The notes beneath the pieces are model-generated. The model was not told the origin of the DNA. It was given only the letters and a program-made list of their open reading frames with translations, and searched no databases. From contig OZ024747.1 of NCBI GenBank assembly GCA_964016885.1, positions 71,672,001 through 71,736,000 on the forward strand: a DNA stretch of 64,000 bases, written 5' to 3'. This DNA is from Eledone cirrhosa (lineage: Eukaryota). Shown in pieces: positions 13,291 to 26,120 of the stretch. Each line of letters begins with the position of its first letter. Position 1 is the stretch's first letter. The translations under genes and the position numbers were made by a program.

Positions 13291-14000
13291 ATATGTGTAT
13301 ATATATATATATGAATATCTTTTGGTTGTCCATCGTAAACGATAATGACATCTTCTTTATTGTTGTTCCCGTCAGCCGTGGGTGCGAAGGTGGCTGTGGA
13401 GCCCTATCCTTGACTTGCAGGTCCAGGGACACCTGTTACCTCTGCCTCTCGCCCATCACCGCAGGGCTTTGGGAGTGCACGCTAAAGAAGAAACCTGTGC
13501 GGGAAAGGTTTATAGTGGGGGGAGGGCCAGTGCACAGTGACGGTCCCACTCACTCGGCCGCAGAAGCCAGAATTCGGTGGTACGGAGGACCGTCACGACC
13601 AGGGACTTCCTTGGCTGCAGTGGATGGCCACAACGTCTGTAGTGCCTTGCCGTGCCCTAGCGCTCCACACCGCTTGCTGTCGCCACCTTTGTGATCGTTG
13701 GGACGATGTTGTTCTCCTTCACTCACTCCGCCGGGTCCAGTCTTTGCATGCAGGGCAGGGGCAGGCACCCCCTATCTAACTCACCAGGGGGTTTCAGACC
13801 CGTCCGGCTACCCTCAACCTGGTTCGGCCTGCCAGCCAAGACAGTTTACCGGGGTGTGGCTGCTGTCACATGATACAGCTTCTTTGGGCTACAGATGACA
13901 GCTGAGTGTCAGGTGGGACCCAATGCAGAACGAGCTGTCCTGAAAAGGGCATGGCTAGCCCTCCTTACAGAGGTACATGCCTCTCCCTGATACCCCAGGC
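9818..14000 (-). mobile_element. Near full-length RTE-clade LINE copy 2 (different subfamily), frameshifted
   Basis: GC-rich 5' UTR at about 13440-14000. APE domain (NVGTLKGR, CIQETRW, SAYAPQ, IAGDLN, QVDYIL, SQHRLI) at 12450-13223. RT pieces at 11737-12327, 11273-11605 and 10212-11360. (ATG)n tail at 9818-9843. Confidence 0.95.
10212..13432 (-). pseudogene. Disrupted APE-RT ORF of RTE copy 2
   Basis: Frame breaks near 12460, 11740 and 11330, plus a TA tract at 13226-13312 interrupting the N-terminus. Confidence 0.9.
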
Positions 14001-14094
14001 ATATACACATGCATATACATACACATACATATGTATACATGTATATACATATTTATATATGTATATATATATATATTTGTATTTATTTACTTTA

Positions 14095-14392
14095 TTCTTA
14101 ACTCTGAAGCGGAGATTCATTTGGTCTCCTACTTGGAATTTTAGTCTACGACTTCTGCTATACCATTTACATGGTTTTGTCTTTGCGTGCCATTGTTCTC
14201 CACGCTCCACATATGACGTATTATCTTCGTTTTTTTTCGTTCATTGCCAGAGAAGTCTTCCTGTCTTCCTCCGGTTGGAACGTTTTTTGAAATATCCACT
14301 TCTGCGTTTACAGATTGACTTTGTTAGTTTCAGAAGATCCCGTTAAGGGTGAAAGCAGCGATTCTTTGCTTAAACTTTAATCTGTTATTTTA

Positions 14393-14400
<8 letters not shown>
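14095..14400 (+). mobile_element. Penelope-like element 3' end (pLTR) with hammerhead motif
   Basis: AGTTT-CAGAAGA-TCCCGTTAAGGGT-GAAA-GCA..TGCT-T-AAACT at 14326-14376, followed by AATAAA. Flanked by TA tracts. A second copy lies at 48335-48545. Confidence 0.7.
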
Positions 14401-14436
<36 letters not shown>

Positions 14437-15126
14437 TAAACAATGTCCTTAGAATTATTAGATAAAATATATACAATTTCCTCTCCCAATTAGCATAATT
14501 AACCATATAAAAAATCAATTAGACCAGGCTATAAGAATAAAGGCTCCTAGGAAGAAATATTTGATAAATAACCGAAAGCGGCCTCTTCGCGGTGACCCCA
14601 ATAGAGTATTTACCCAACATTTCAACAGCATGTAGAAACTGACCAAATATATCGTCAACCATACACAATTAGGTATAAATTTAAAGTTAGAAGAAATGTG
14701 CACATACCGTAATTATATCTCTACCATGGTTTTGTTCGTATTTTGAGATATCCTATTAAGGATAAATCTCGAGTATCGAACTCATCAGGAGACAAACTCA
14801 ATAGGACAATTAATTTTCCAAAGCGATCCCGCCAGAAATAGATTAAAAAAATGGCTAAGAATCGTGACGTGGCAGTGGTCAAGTTAGAAAGAATGTGATA
14901 TAAATATATATATATATCCTTCTATGTTGTTTACTTGTCCCCCTCGCCTTACGCGAATTCTGGTCCCAATAACTTTTTTTAGTTATTGCTCGCACCAACC
15001 TGAGGTATCTGATTTTTAATGCGATGAAATACCAATGATGGTTGGAAAAATCACTGACGAAGGACTATTTTTATCATATGTAACCCATGTGCAAACAACG
15101 CAGTATTCTTCTTTCTTCTCATGTTT

Positions 15127-15160
<34 letters not shown>

Positions 15161-15286
15161 GTAAATGTGGTTGGCATTAAGAAGAGCATCCAGCTGTAGA
15201 AACCACGCAAGAAACAGTTCTGTATGAGCAAGAGCTGATTTGTCTTACAACTCGTCTAACTCATGCTAGTGTGGAAAAATGGACAA

Positions 15287-16257
15287 CAGGGTGTTCAGGA
15301 TAAATTTGGTAGAGTCTAATTTTCTAATTTTTTTCTTTTTTTTTCAGATATTCCCTTCTATCTGTGAAATGTGAAGAGCATTATGGAACCTAATCACTAC
15401 AGTTTTAAAGATGTCAACGTTAACTGAAATGGACAAGAGGAAAGCACCTAAATATTGGGTAACCTGCATCATGATGATTCGTGCCAGGTATCAAAATTCC
15501 ACAATCTTTGAACACTGTGAAAGTAATAAGACATGAAATGAAGAGCTGCAACAGAGTCTACGAGGTCATAGCTTGTAGGAAAGAACACAGCAGACATTCT
15601 GATTGCTGCCATACACCAGAATTTATCCAACAACTGCAGGACAAAGTGATGAAACACCTAGGCAAGGGAATGCAAGCTTTAGCATGGTAAATAAGCTTGC
15701 AGCTTCCACGATGAAGCTGGCCTTCAATGAGGACCTCTGCTACCACTCATACAAGAGGCATAAGAGCCAACTTCTTACAGAAAAGGCTTAAGAAAACCGT
15801 CTGACAAGCCAAAGAAACTCCTGAATAAATTGAACCAGGGACAATCTGGTTCTTCTTTGATGAAAAGAATTATTGTGAGGAGCAGGTGCACAACACCCAG
15901 GACAACAGATGACTTGCCTATAATCCATATGATGTTCCTTATGTCATGAAGACCAAGTTTCCCCAAACTATAATGGTTTTTGGATGTGTCTCTAATGAGG
16001 GTGATATCATGCCACCTCACATCTTTGTACAGAGTCTTAAGCTCAATCCAGCAGACTATGTGGAGTTGCTGATTACCATGGTTAAGCCTTGGTTGGAGAA
16101 GGTGGCTTCTGGAAGACAATATGTGTGGCAGCAAGATTCAGCTCCCTTCCACACCTCTGGGAAGATTCAAAAGTGGTTGTCAAAGAATTTCTTATTATTT
16201 CACCAGCCCTAACATTTGGCCGCCTAACTACCCTGGTTGCAATCATATGGATATTTG
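15287..16257 (+). mobile_element. Degenerate Tc1/mariner-superfamily (maT/Bmmar1-like) transposon remnant
   Basis: Translated pieces IWFFDEK, MVFGCVS, VKPWLE, YVWQQDSAPFHTS and NIWPPN, with stops and frameshifts. Starts CAGGGTGTTC (TIR-like). The 3' part is missing. Confidence 0.85.
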
Positions 16258-16726
16258 ATATGTAAAATTGGGGTTTGCTGTGTATTCTGATTTTTTGCGC
16301 ATGAGGGGCCTCCCAAACCTGAAATGTCTCGGGCCTGCACCAGTCTAAATCCAGCCCTGTACCCAGCACATATCATGATAAAGCTAACTATTAGGTATAC
16401 ACTGCCATAATAACTCATAACAGGGGATATTATAAGCCATGAATATATTCTAGTGTGAGTTTAATCTGATGAATTTACCATGTTTGATGGGTATACAACA
16501 TTCACTTACCTTCACTATATCCCCATACACCTCTAATACTTAAAGATGGTGGTGGAAGTCAACAGTCTATTAACTTAGATTTCGTTTGATTTATCTGACA
16601 TCCAGCTTAATAAAATATGATTTAATGAAAGTGTGCGAGCGTATATACGTCCATATATGTGTTTATATATATATATATTATATGTATATGTTTGTGTGTA
16701 TGTATGTGTGTGTATATGTATATATG

Positions 16727-16799
<73 letters not shown>

Positions 16800-16805
<6 letters not shown>

Positions 16806-17165
16806 AAAAAGAGATGAAATCGAAAATGCAACTGGAGTCTTATTTTTTTTTTTAAATATATATATTTATTTGGTTCCTTTACCGGTTTCGCAGTTCTTCT
16901 GCCTTTCAAAAGTAGAGTTGAGATGGACGATCTGTGGTTTTTCTCACATCAGATGTGAGAAAAACCACAGACCCTCCATCTCAACTCACCTTTTGAAAAG
17001 CAGAAGAACTGCGAAACCGGTAAAGGAACCAAATAAATATATATATTTTTAAAAAAAAATAAGACTCCAGTTGCATTTTCGATTTCATCTCTTTTTCTTT
17101 ATACTTTCACTCGTGTAGGACACCTTGGTTATTTTTCATTTTGTAAAAAAAACCTCACTTTCTAA
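16800..17165. mobile_element. Snap-back palindromic PLE pLTR (arms of about 150 bp, centre 16951) with a hammerhead in each arm
   Basis: 16800-16950 is the near-perfect reverse complement of 16952-17103. HHR on the plus strand at 16989-17026: CCTT-TTGAAAA-GCAGaagaaCTGC-GAAA-CCGG-TA-AAGG. Confidence 0.85.
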
Positions 17166-17271
17166 TATATATATATATATAAAATAACAATGAATAACCA
17201 GTTAAGATTTACAACATTATTTTTGGTAAACTCTAATATAACCTAACATTTATATATATATATATATATAA

Positions 17272-17465
17272 TTGAATATAGGAATGGCTTCTACAGGACT
17301 AGAACTGTTTCATTCAAAGGAAATCATCAGGGCTTTTCATTTCTTCGAATAAAACAGTTTTAGTCCTGTAGAAGCCATTTCTATGTTAAATTTGTTTACA
17401 CTCTATTAATGTATTGAGTACCTCACTTACTGTGGTTACCCCCAGTTGAGCCTGGGACTCACATA
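17272..17465. mobile_element. Small fold-back PLE pLTR with partial hammerhead
   Basis: The arms AATGGCTTCTACAGGACTAGAACTGTTT and AAACAGTTTTAGTCCTGTAGAAGCCATT are inverted. The minus strand reads CTGATGA...GAAACAG..CTGTA. Confidence 0.65.
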
Positions 17466-17483
17466 TTTATATATATATATAAA

Positions 17484-17518
<35 letters not shown>

Positions 17519-18534
17519 GGAGGGAGGGGATTTTACATAACCTTACTCATTGAGTATGCTGAGAAACCTTATGCTAGTACTAGCAGGGAAACCTTATGCT
17601 AGTCCCATCAACTTATTATTATTTGTATAGTCTAGCCTATGCAAGCATGGAAAAATAGATGTTAAATGATCATGATCATGATGATTATATATATATATAT
17701 ACCTCCATTGAAAATGATGTTGTGTTAGTGGTACTGCTATTTAATTAAAACCAACCCATAAAGCTTGCATTGTATGCAAATGAGCATCCCCATAAATGTA
17801 TTATTTGCAAAAATCTATATAGTAGCTGTAAGAAAGGTAAATAGGAGATACAGCGTATCAGCAAGCTATTGGCTGCAATATATAGCTGAATGAAGGTAAA
17901 ATAATTAATCAAAAGTGGTTTTGGGAGGTAAGTGTGTGAGAAGAGATTTTAAATACTACCATACTTTCTTTCTGCCAGAGAATGGGTTGTAGGTGGCGGA
18001 TATCACCAGATATGGTGATTAGTTGCCAGCAGCCGGATGAATAAGCAACTCTAAATCAACAGCAGTAAACTACTATGGGTGACACCTGTAGCTCCCAAGA
18101 TAACTTTCACAACCCAGTGTTATAGCTATGACGAGGTGTGTAAAGGCCGTCTCTAAATAAGCCTAGTCTTGGAAGGTTTGAAAAATTACCCTATTGGTGA
18201 CTGGCATGAATAAAACCACCAAAACTGCAATATGGTCAGAGAAACAATACTTTCTTGTGTATAACACAAGAAATTTGGAACTAAAATTAAGTGCAAAAAC
18301 AGAACTTCTATATAAAATGCTATCACAGAATCTCTTTCTCCAGAAATAGAGAAGAGTTGGGTAAGTGGCTAGCAACCTCATCTTATGCAAAAACTCACAG
18401 GCAAGGGAGACTATCCAGGAAGAGCCCAATGTATAACACAGTATCAAATGGAAATTAAGTAGAACAAAGAAGTATTATATATCAACCCGTTAGGGTAGTG
18501 GATTGGTTGTATCAGTAGAGCGCTGGACAGTATA

Positions 18535-18735
18535 ATAATAATTGTTTCTACTTTTGGCACAAGGCCAGCAATTATCCCAGTGTATTACTGATGCTTTATT
18601 TTATCGACCCCGTAAAGATGAAAGGCAAAGTTAACCTCGGAGGGATTTGAACTCAGACCACAAAGGGCCATAACTCTTTGCTGCAAGCATGGCATCTGAC
18701 CCTCTACTGATACTGCCAATCCACATATAATCATA
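18535..18735 (-). mobile_element. tRNA-derived SINE (Meta-like core)
   Basis: Reverse complement of the family consensus, including B-box GAGTTCAAATCC and GGGGTCGATAAAATAAAG. Confidence 0.8.
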
Positions 18736-19234
18736 ATAATGAAATTATTGTGTACAGTGCTCAGGTGCACTACAACTCATCAAAGATGCATGTATAGTAC
18801 ATAGAATAATGCACAAATGTCAGGATAGTAAACAGTGTATGAGTCATGATGTATGTGTGTATGTGTGTATGGAGGGGGATATCAGGTGTAGTGTTGGCAA
18901 ATTTTATCTGGGTTCAAATCCTGCCAAGTTTAGCTTTGCCTATCACTCTTACAGGGTTGATAAAATAAAGTGTTAGTAATACACTGGTGTCAATTTAATC
19001 GACTTTCCTCTCCCACCATATTTGTTGGCCATGTACCTATATCAGAACCCATTGTATATCAACCCCAACATTATAACAATTTTGAAACCTGACAATATTT
19101 GTGACATACTAATGTGAATTTGGTTGTGTTTCTTCGTAATTTCTCTCAGCTAGAACTACCTAGCTCATGTCTCCCTATTAGTAACAGATTCAATTCTGCC
19201 AATACACAGCTTGCTCATATTATTAGGGGGGTGA

Positions 19235-19420
19235 TTTGGCAGTATCGGTAGAGCATCAGACACCATGCTTTGTAGCATAGTTACGACCCTTTACATTCTG
19301 AGCTCAAATCCCGCCGAGGTTAACTTTGTCTTTCATCCTTACGGGGTCGATAAAATAAAGTACCAGTAATGTACGGGGGGGGGGGGGTAATTGCTGGCCT
19401 TGTGCCAAAAGTAGAAACAT
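19235..19420 (+). mobile_element. tRNA-derived SINE (Meta-like core), near complete
   Basis: A-box-like TGGCAGTATCGG and B-box-like GAGCTCAAATCC, then CCGAGGTTAACTTTGTCTTTCATCCTTACGGGGTCGATAAAATAAAGTACCAG. Another copy is at 18905-19050. Confidence 0.82.
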
Positions 19421-19624
19421 TATTTGGTATTTTTACTTAGTACTATACAGTGAAGTACTATGAAATAATCTTTAAAGTAGATACTGTTAGAGAGAACTAT
19501 TCAATATCTACTTTCAGTATGTCAACCTATACGCCCTCATCTGTATTAAAAGACATCTCCATCTGAGATTTTACTGTCAGAATTTCTTCAGAAGAAAGGC
19601 TATCAAATTAAAACTATTGGCAAA

Positions 19625-19626
<2 letters not shown>

Positions 19627-19673
<47 letters not shown>

Positions 19674-19765
19674 TGTGTGTGTCTGTGTCTGTGTGTGTCT
19701 GTGTCTGTGAGTGTGTATATGTGTATATGTGTCTGTCTGTGTGTCTGTGAGTGTGTATGTGTGCA
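19627..19765. repeat. (TG)n / (TGTC)n microsatellite
   Basis: Read directly. Confidence 0.95.
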
Positions 19766-20139
19766 TGTAATACTGTTGTTATTATTGTTGTCAATGCTGC
19801 TGCCATTACTGTTGCTTTTGTTTAGCCCCAGATCAGCCTTAATCCAACAGATATATGATCAAAGATATTTTAACCATGAATATCTTGTCTCCCCACCACC
19901 ACCACAAAAAAAAAACACTGCACTCAAGTCAATGTCATCTAATATCAGTTTTTTTTTTGTAAGATGGTAGCATATAATTTGAGGAAGGTTTGTTTGCTAT
20001 TTCTAGCATGACAGCTACTCTTATTTCATTCTTGGTGCATGATTGTATTTGGTGGCTACAATAGATTAGATGCTTCTGAACCAATTTAAAATGCCAGTCT
20101 TATGTCACTTAGTTTGCTAATTCCCTTGTGATAAGCATG

Positions 20140-20505
20140 GGCATTTGGCAGTATCAGTAGAGGGTTGGAGGCCATGCTTTGGCGCATCGAGTTACAACCC
20201 TTGCCATAAAGTAAAATAAAGTACCAGTAATGCACTGGGTAATTGCTGGCCTTGTGCCAAAAGTAGAAACAATTATTACCTTCCCAGGGCTGTGGATTGG
20301 TAGTATCGGAGAGCATTGGACAACATGCTTTGCAGCATATAGTTATATCTCTTTATGTTCTGAGTTCAAATCCTGCCAAGGTTAGATTTGCCTTACATCC
20401 TTATAGGGTCAATAAAATAAAACACCAATAATGCACTGGGGTTGATTTTATCAACTTCACCTCCCCTAAAATTGTTGGCCTTGTGCCTAAATCAGAAACC
20501 ATCAT
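20140..20505 (+). mobile_element. Two tandem SINE copies of the same family (first internally deleted)
   Basis: Repeated TGGCAGTATC..AGAG heads and TGGCCTTGTGCC..AGAAAC tails. Confidence 0.75.
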
Positions 20506-20959
20506 TACCTTCCTATTAATCAAATAATTATGAAATTGTCTCAGTGAGTTCATTTCAGAAAAAATAGTTTGCTTAGCTTTGTTTTTTCAATTATTACAGA
20601 ATTGAATCTACATGTAATGGAAAAAACATAAATTTTAGTTTTATCTTAAAATTATCCTATGTGAAGTAGCATCACGATATTTACTCATGTGAGTTTCTTG
20701 CTCAAGGACACAATGCACTACCAGGGATCGAACTCCCAACTCTTAGATCCTTACTGAACACCTTTAATTAGGGTCAGATGGGTCGACCGTGTCAAGAGAA
20801 AAGTCTGGCCAGGATTGACCGCACCGTACCTTGCTCTGACAGGACTGTAAATTTGGCCGGGTTTTTACAGATGGATGCCCTTCCTAACATCAACCACATT
20901 TGGACATACTAATGTTATGTTACTAGTTAATTCATATATATATATATATGAATTAACTA

Positions 20960-21441
20960 GTAAGGCCGGTTATATGATGCCTGTGTGAGGTGCGCGATGC
21001 TGCACGGTAGTGAGACATGGGCAGCAACTGCAGAGGATATGCGACGGCTGGAGAGAAATGAAGCAAGCATGCTCTGATGGATGTGCAATGTCAATGTACG
21101 TGAATGACCGAGCATGGATGTGTTGAGAGAGAAACTGTATTTAGAGGGATAATTGTAGTGTGCGGGAGAGAGGACTGCGATGGTATAGACATGTGATGCG
21201 CATGGAGGATGACCGCTGGGTAAAGAAGTCCCAAGAAATGCCAGTAGAAGGAAGACGCAGTAGAGGAAGACCATGAAAAACATGGGCGGAGGTGGTGAGA
21301 GCAGACCTCAGATTGCTGAAGCTCACCGAGGAGATGACGAAGGACCGTGACAAATGGAGAGATGCTGTGCTGAATAGGATCCGTCCCACCCTGACAAGCA
21401 GAGAAAAGCAGACATAAAAAGATGATGATGATGATGATGAT
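20960..21441 (+). mobile_element. 5'-truncated degenerate RTE 3' end (third subfamily)
   Basis: Translates GRLYDACVRCAMLHGSETW..RRLERNEASML with stops; ends in an (ATG)n tail. RTE 3' UTR pieces also occur at about 20780-20900 (minus) and 21550-21815 (plus). Confidence 0.85.
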
Positions 21442-23999
21442 ATATATATATATATATAAATGTGGCATTACTTAGTAATACAGAAGACCTGACTTCCTAC
21501 GGGTACAAGCCGAAGCTGAAGCATATAGACAATATGCCCCGGCCTCCCTCCCACTGTAAAGTGGTTGTGTAGGCGTCACAACAAAAAAGCACCCAGTCCA
21601 CACTATAAAGTGCTCATGTAGGTGCCACAGTAAAGAAGCACCCAGTACTCACTGTAAATGGGGTTGGTGTTAGGAACGGCATCCAGCTGTAGAAATCAAG
21701 CCAAAATCAGTTCTGTATGAGCAAGACAGGGTCACTTGACCTGGCATTGCCAATAACAGGACACCCCGTCTAACCCATATTAGCATGGAAGCATGGCCGT
21801 AAAAAGGTGATGATATTATTTACAATTTGCATGTAGGCAGGTTTCTCTAGAAATAAGTTTGGGGGTGCTGAGGGTTTTACGAGGCCGTGAGGGAGTTGGT
21901 GGCCCAAAGAGTTTGAGAACCTCTGCCTTAACCACTAAGCCACCTGTCTTGACAATTAGTAATGCAACTTCCACATTTCGAGCTGTTAACATTATAAATT
22001 AAATAATCACCTTTAAACAAAAGCATGTATAACCACACGCCTCCAGCATGATAGCAAAATTAACACTTTGTATTGTATTCACTATGTATACAATGTTTTA
22101 TAATTACAGGCAACGTAATGGATACATTAGTTATGTTAAATGTCTTGGGTCAACTGCATTCAGTGTTTTGTTGTTTATTCTGTGTGTGTGTGTATGTGTT
22201 TGGGAGGAGTTGTTTGACTATAGTGCTTTCCCACAATTTTGACCCTGATTTATATTTCTCACATTGTATATTAGTAAAGATGATAATCAGGATCATCCAT
22301 TCCGAAGCACAACTGACATATCCTTAAAAACAAGACCAGTATTTGATACTGGGTTCTGTACCTTTCTTACTGGCATGGGTTGCGTGGATTGTTAAACTGA
22401 AAAACTGGTGAATCTAGCTTCACTCAGATCTATATCAAGGTAATTCATCATCATCATCATCATTATCACCACCATCATCATTGTTTTTAACGTCTGTTTT
22501 TTTCCTTGATTGTATGAATTTGATTATGGTGTAGACTTGTTTCCTTTTTAAAGATTTCAAATTTTTCAACTTTAATCTTTTTGAGAAATTATGTATTTTA
22601 CCTCAGGATTATTTGCATTCTCAATCTTGTATGTTTCCATTTTTTATTTCCTTCTGTGATAGGTAGCACAGAGATTTATTGTAAACTGAAGCCACAAACC
22701 AGCTACCATTTTTCTAGCAAATCAAATTACCAAATAGAGGCACCTTCATTGTAAGATGGAGTTTAATGTTTCAGGGAAATATAAAAGTAGGTTAAAAAAT
22801 AAACATTAAAAATGTTAATCTTAAAATTAAAAATGTTTCTCAGAGGTTTTACTAAGTATTCTCTTTCTTCAAATAAAATGTGGCATGTGGAATAAAGTGT
22901 CTTGTCTTGAAACACACCAAAACACTTACAATCCATTTGAACTGAGTATCCATGAACTGTCAATCCTATACATTATTCTGTCTCTATAAACACTCATATA
23001 ACAATGAGGTTGTTGCTATCATTTAACCCAAGGCCAGCTCTGGATGAGCAAACATATGATGACCAAAGGCATTCCAGCCATATCCAGCCCATCCTTCTTT
23101 TGAGCTTTGGATATGTATGTACCACTACTAAATTATCCAATGTATCCATTACTTCTCAAGAAGGAGTAGGTAGGGTGTAATTTATTTGTAAGAGGTTTAC
23201 CTGTTATTTGAAGAAGATCAAGCGACAACATAAATGGACCTCCCCTCATTGGTTCATAATCTCTTTCTGGGCCCCAATAAGACCCAGAAATATATTAAAG
23301 CTGATTGAAGCTATACTCAATGCTCTAAAGAAACTGTGTTTGATCCTGTATCCCTTTTGATACTAAACTGCCTGAAACCACCCATGGTTCTATGACACAA
23401 AACTGTTTTAAAGTGTTTATATTTAACTAAGAATCTTCCATCATAATTTTATGTAAAAATCTTTAATTTATACTCCTAACAACAGCTTAATAATGAGTTA
23501 TATTATTAAATTTCTCTAATTTTTTTAGCTTTCAAAATTATTTGACCATCATAGGCAGTATCTTTCATTAGAAATGTGGCTACAAAAGCGTTAAAATTGT
23601 AAAACATTTACACGATGCAAGGGAAGTAAATCTTTATCCCCGTATCAAACCATATCACTGACCTCTTTTATTCAATTATTACACCTTCAAAATGGAGGGA
23701 TGTTCACACTTACATACATAAGTGGTATTTGATATTGTTTTAGTTTTCATTTCTGATTAATAAAAATGATTAAAATTTGGTTAAAGAGGGTTAAAAGAGT
23801 AACTATAAGAGGTTGCTGACTGTGGAGAATGAATAGACTGAATAGAGGGAAGAGCTAAGTTGACATAAGAGGTAGTTACTGAGAGGCTGGTGAAGTGGAA
23901 CTCCAGCTAGTTATTCACATTGCCAACCAGCAAAGCAAATGATAATGTTAAATTTAATGACTAGCATAGCAGTATAAAGTGATGCTCTAGAAAGGAGTA

Positions 24000-24715
24000 G
24001 CCACGGAAACATTAAACTGATGGATCAAGTTAAGAAAGTAGTAAAAAGAGTTTTAGCAGAACTAATAAGGAAATGAGATAAGATAGTTTGTTTTTTTGTT
24101 TTTTTTGCAAGAAACTTATGAGCTTTTGTTGATCTGTAGAAAGCCTTTGAGAGAGTACCACAGTCTGTTATCAGATGGTCCTTAAGAAAACTAGATGCAG
24201 AAAAATGGCTTGGGAAAGCAATGCGAGCCATATAGAAAAGTGTTGTCTGCAAAGTGAGAGTAAGAAATGAGTTTAGAGAAAAAGGTTTATTATAGTTCTC
24301 TAGACCATAACAGAAGAGTTTAAAAGCAGAAGAAATTCCAGAAGTGAACACAAACTTAAAACTCAAAGGCCTTAGAGTAAACTTAGCATAGACCAAAGTT
24401 TTAATAAGTAGGAAAGAAGACAAAATCATGCTTTTATTATAGCCATACTGAGTGCATCCAGTGTAAACTTTAGATGCACAAGGTATATAGTAAGATCATA
24501 GGCAGGCGAACAGAAAAGGCGGACTTTATTTGTGGCAGATACACAGGGGTAGTTATTACCAAGAGCATCAAATAAGCTCTTTGAAGCCTGGCAAGGTACC
24601 ATAGAAATAGTTGATTGTTTCTGATACCTAAGTTATCTAATTAGCAGAGGAGGAAGTTGCTGTGTTTGCAAAATAGCTAGAATAAGAACAGGATGGAAAA
24701 GATTCTACTTCTGTA
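24000..24715 (+). mobile_element. Highly decayed RTE RT fragment
   Basis: Recognisable AFVDL*KAFERVP..IRWSLRKL, GLRVNL..TKVLISRKE and IRTGWK remnants. Confidence 0.75.
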
Positions 24716-24971
24716 GACAACAATGAAATAGCAACACACACTTTTTTAAGGATCATGAAAATTACTCATTCTATCGACAAGGATTGAAAGTCAACCTAAG
24801 TGGGAATCAAATATTCATATTTTCAAATTTATTTATCAATTTATCATCTATGTGTGTATATAAAACCTTAAATAAGACCATGGATCTGCACCTAGAAAGT
24901 TCCTCTCTAAGGAGTAGACCTGGACAAAGATATTTTGTTGGTAGAAAAGAAGTGGTTGCCCAAGCCTGTTC

Positions 24972-25272
24972 TGCATGTCACCAATGTTTTCCAAAGGAAA
25001 GACAAGGACTGATGAAGTTTAGCACAAATTTTTTTACAAACATTGTCATCAGAAAGCAAAGAGCTACTTAAGCCCTCTCTCCAGCATCACCAATATTTTC
25101 CAAGGGAAAGGCAAGAGCTGATAAAGTTTATCACAAATGTTGTCATAAGCACTGTAATCAGAAAGCAAAGAGCTACTTAAGCCATCTCCACATGTCACTG
25201 GTGGTCTTTAAGGGAAAAGCAAAAGCTAATATGTTTAACACAAATGTTGTGACAAGCACTGTTATCAGAAAA
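24972..25272. repeat. About 3 imperfect tandem units of about 108 bp
   Basis: Recurring CATGTCACCAATG..CCAAGGGAAAGGCAAGAGCTGAT..CACAAATGTTGT..ATCAGAAAGCAAAGAGCTACTTAAGCC. Confidence 0.75.
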
Positions 25273-25475
25273 CAAAAAAAAAAAAAACTGAAACTGCAGA
25301 GCACTCAATCAGACACTAAGTTACAGCAATCCACTATTCTGGATATATTTATCAATGACAAAAGAATGAAATGCAAAGTTTACCTTAGTGAGATTTGAAC
25401 TCAGAACATAGAGTTAGTGACTCTGCCTATTCACTGCCTTATGCATATACTACATACACAAATAACAATAGAAAG

Positions 25476-26120
25476 CTTTCTTTCTTTCTTCATCTTTGCC
25501 CGCCTAGTCATGAGAAGGTCGTGAGGGCAGAGTCTTCAAACACTCCTTCCAGCAGGTCCTGAACCATCTCCAATTGATTTTGCTGCATCCCCAAGCGAGA
25601 CCAGCCAAGTTCATGGATATTATCCAAACTGCTTGCTCATGGTCTACCCTTGGGTCTCCTTTCAGTTGGTTTTGCCCATAAAATCTGTCCAGCGATCCTT
25701 TCCTGAGACATTCTTATTACACATCCATAGTACTGGAGCTGTGATTTCTCAATTTGGAGAACCAGCGGCTCTACCTGGAGCAACTCTTCAATCTCCAAGC
25801 TACGCACTCTGTCAAGTAATATTACTCCAAAACATTTTGGAGGAACCCCATTGCGGCCACTTGTATTTGTGATCATATTCTTTCAGTCATTACCCAAGAT
25901 TCATAACCATAGTTAAGGATTGGCACGACTACTTAATTGAAGTTTGGCTTTTACACTTACCTCCCTTCTTCTGATGACCGAATGCTGAAGCTGATACATC
26001 ACTGCCCTAACTCCTACAATTCGTGCACTTAATTTAGCCTCCTGCTTTCCATCAGATCACAGCCCTGAGATACTTGAACTTTTCCACCTGCTTCAGTAAA
26101 ACTCTACTCACATGTAGAGT
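25476..26120 (-). mobile_element. Decayed RTE (Expander-like) 3' fragment
   Basis: The minus strand encodes remnants VEKFKYL, LNYGYESWVM, IEKSQLQYYGCVIRM and RRPKGRP, with an (AAAG)n tail. Confidence 0.75.

Noticed and set aside
14740-14795. Possible minus-strand hammerhead (CTGATGA..GAGA)
   Set aside because: GAAA is missing and stem I is not closed; at most a decayed remnant.
16510-16600. Minus-strand exon ending GAAG|GTAAGT
   Set aside because: Good donor, but no convincing acceptor with an open frame and no similarity to the expected WD40 exon.
21835-21928. Tiny hAT/Charlie-like MITE
   Set aside because: Only one good terminus (TTTGAGAACCTCTG); too decayed to support as a feature.
22601-22660. 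Minus-strand mini-exon METYKIENANNPE
   Set aside because: Weak donor, no recognisable homology; expected by chance in AT-rich DNA.
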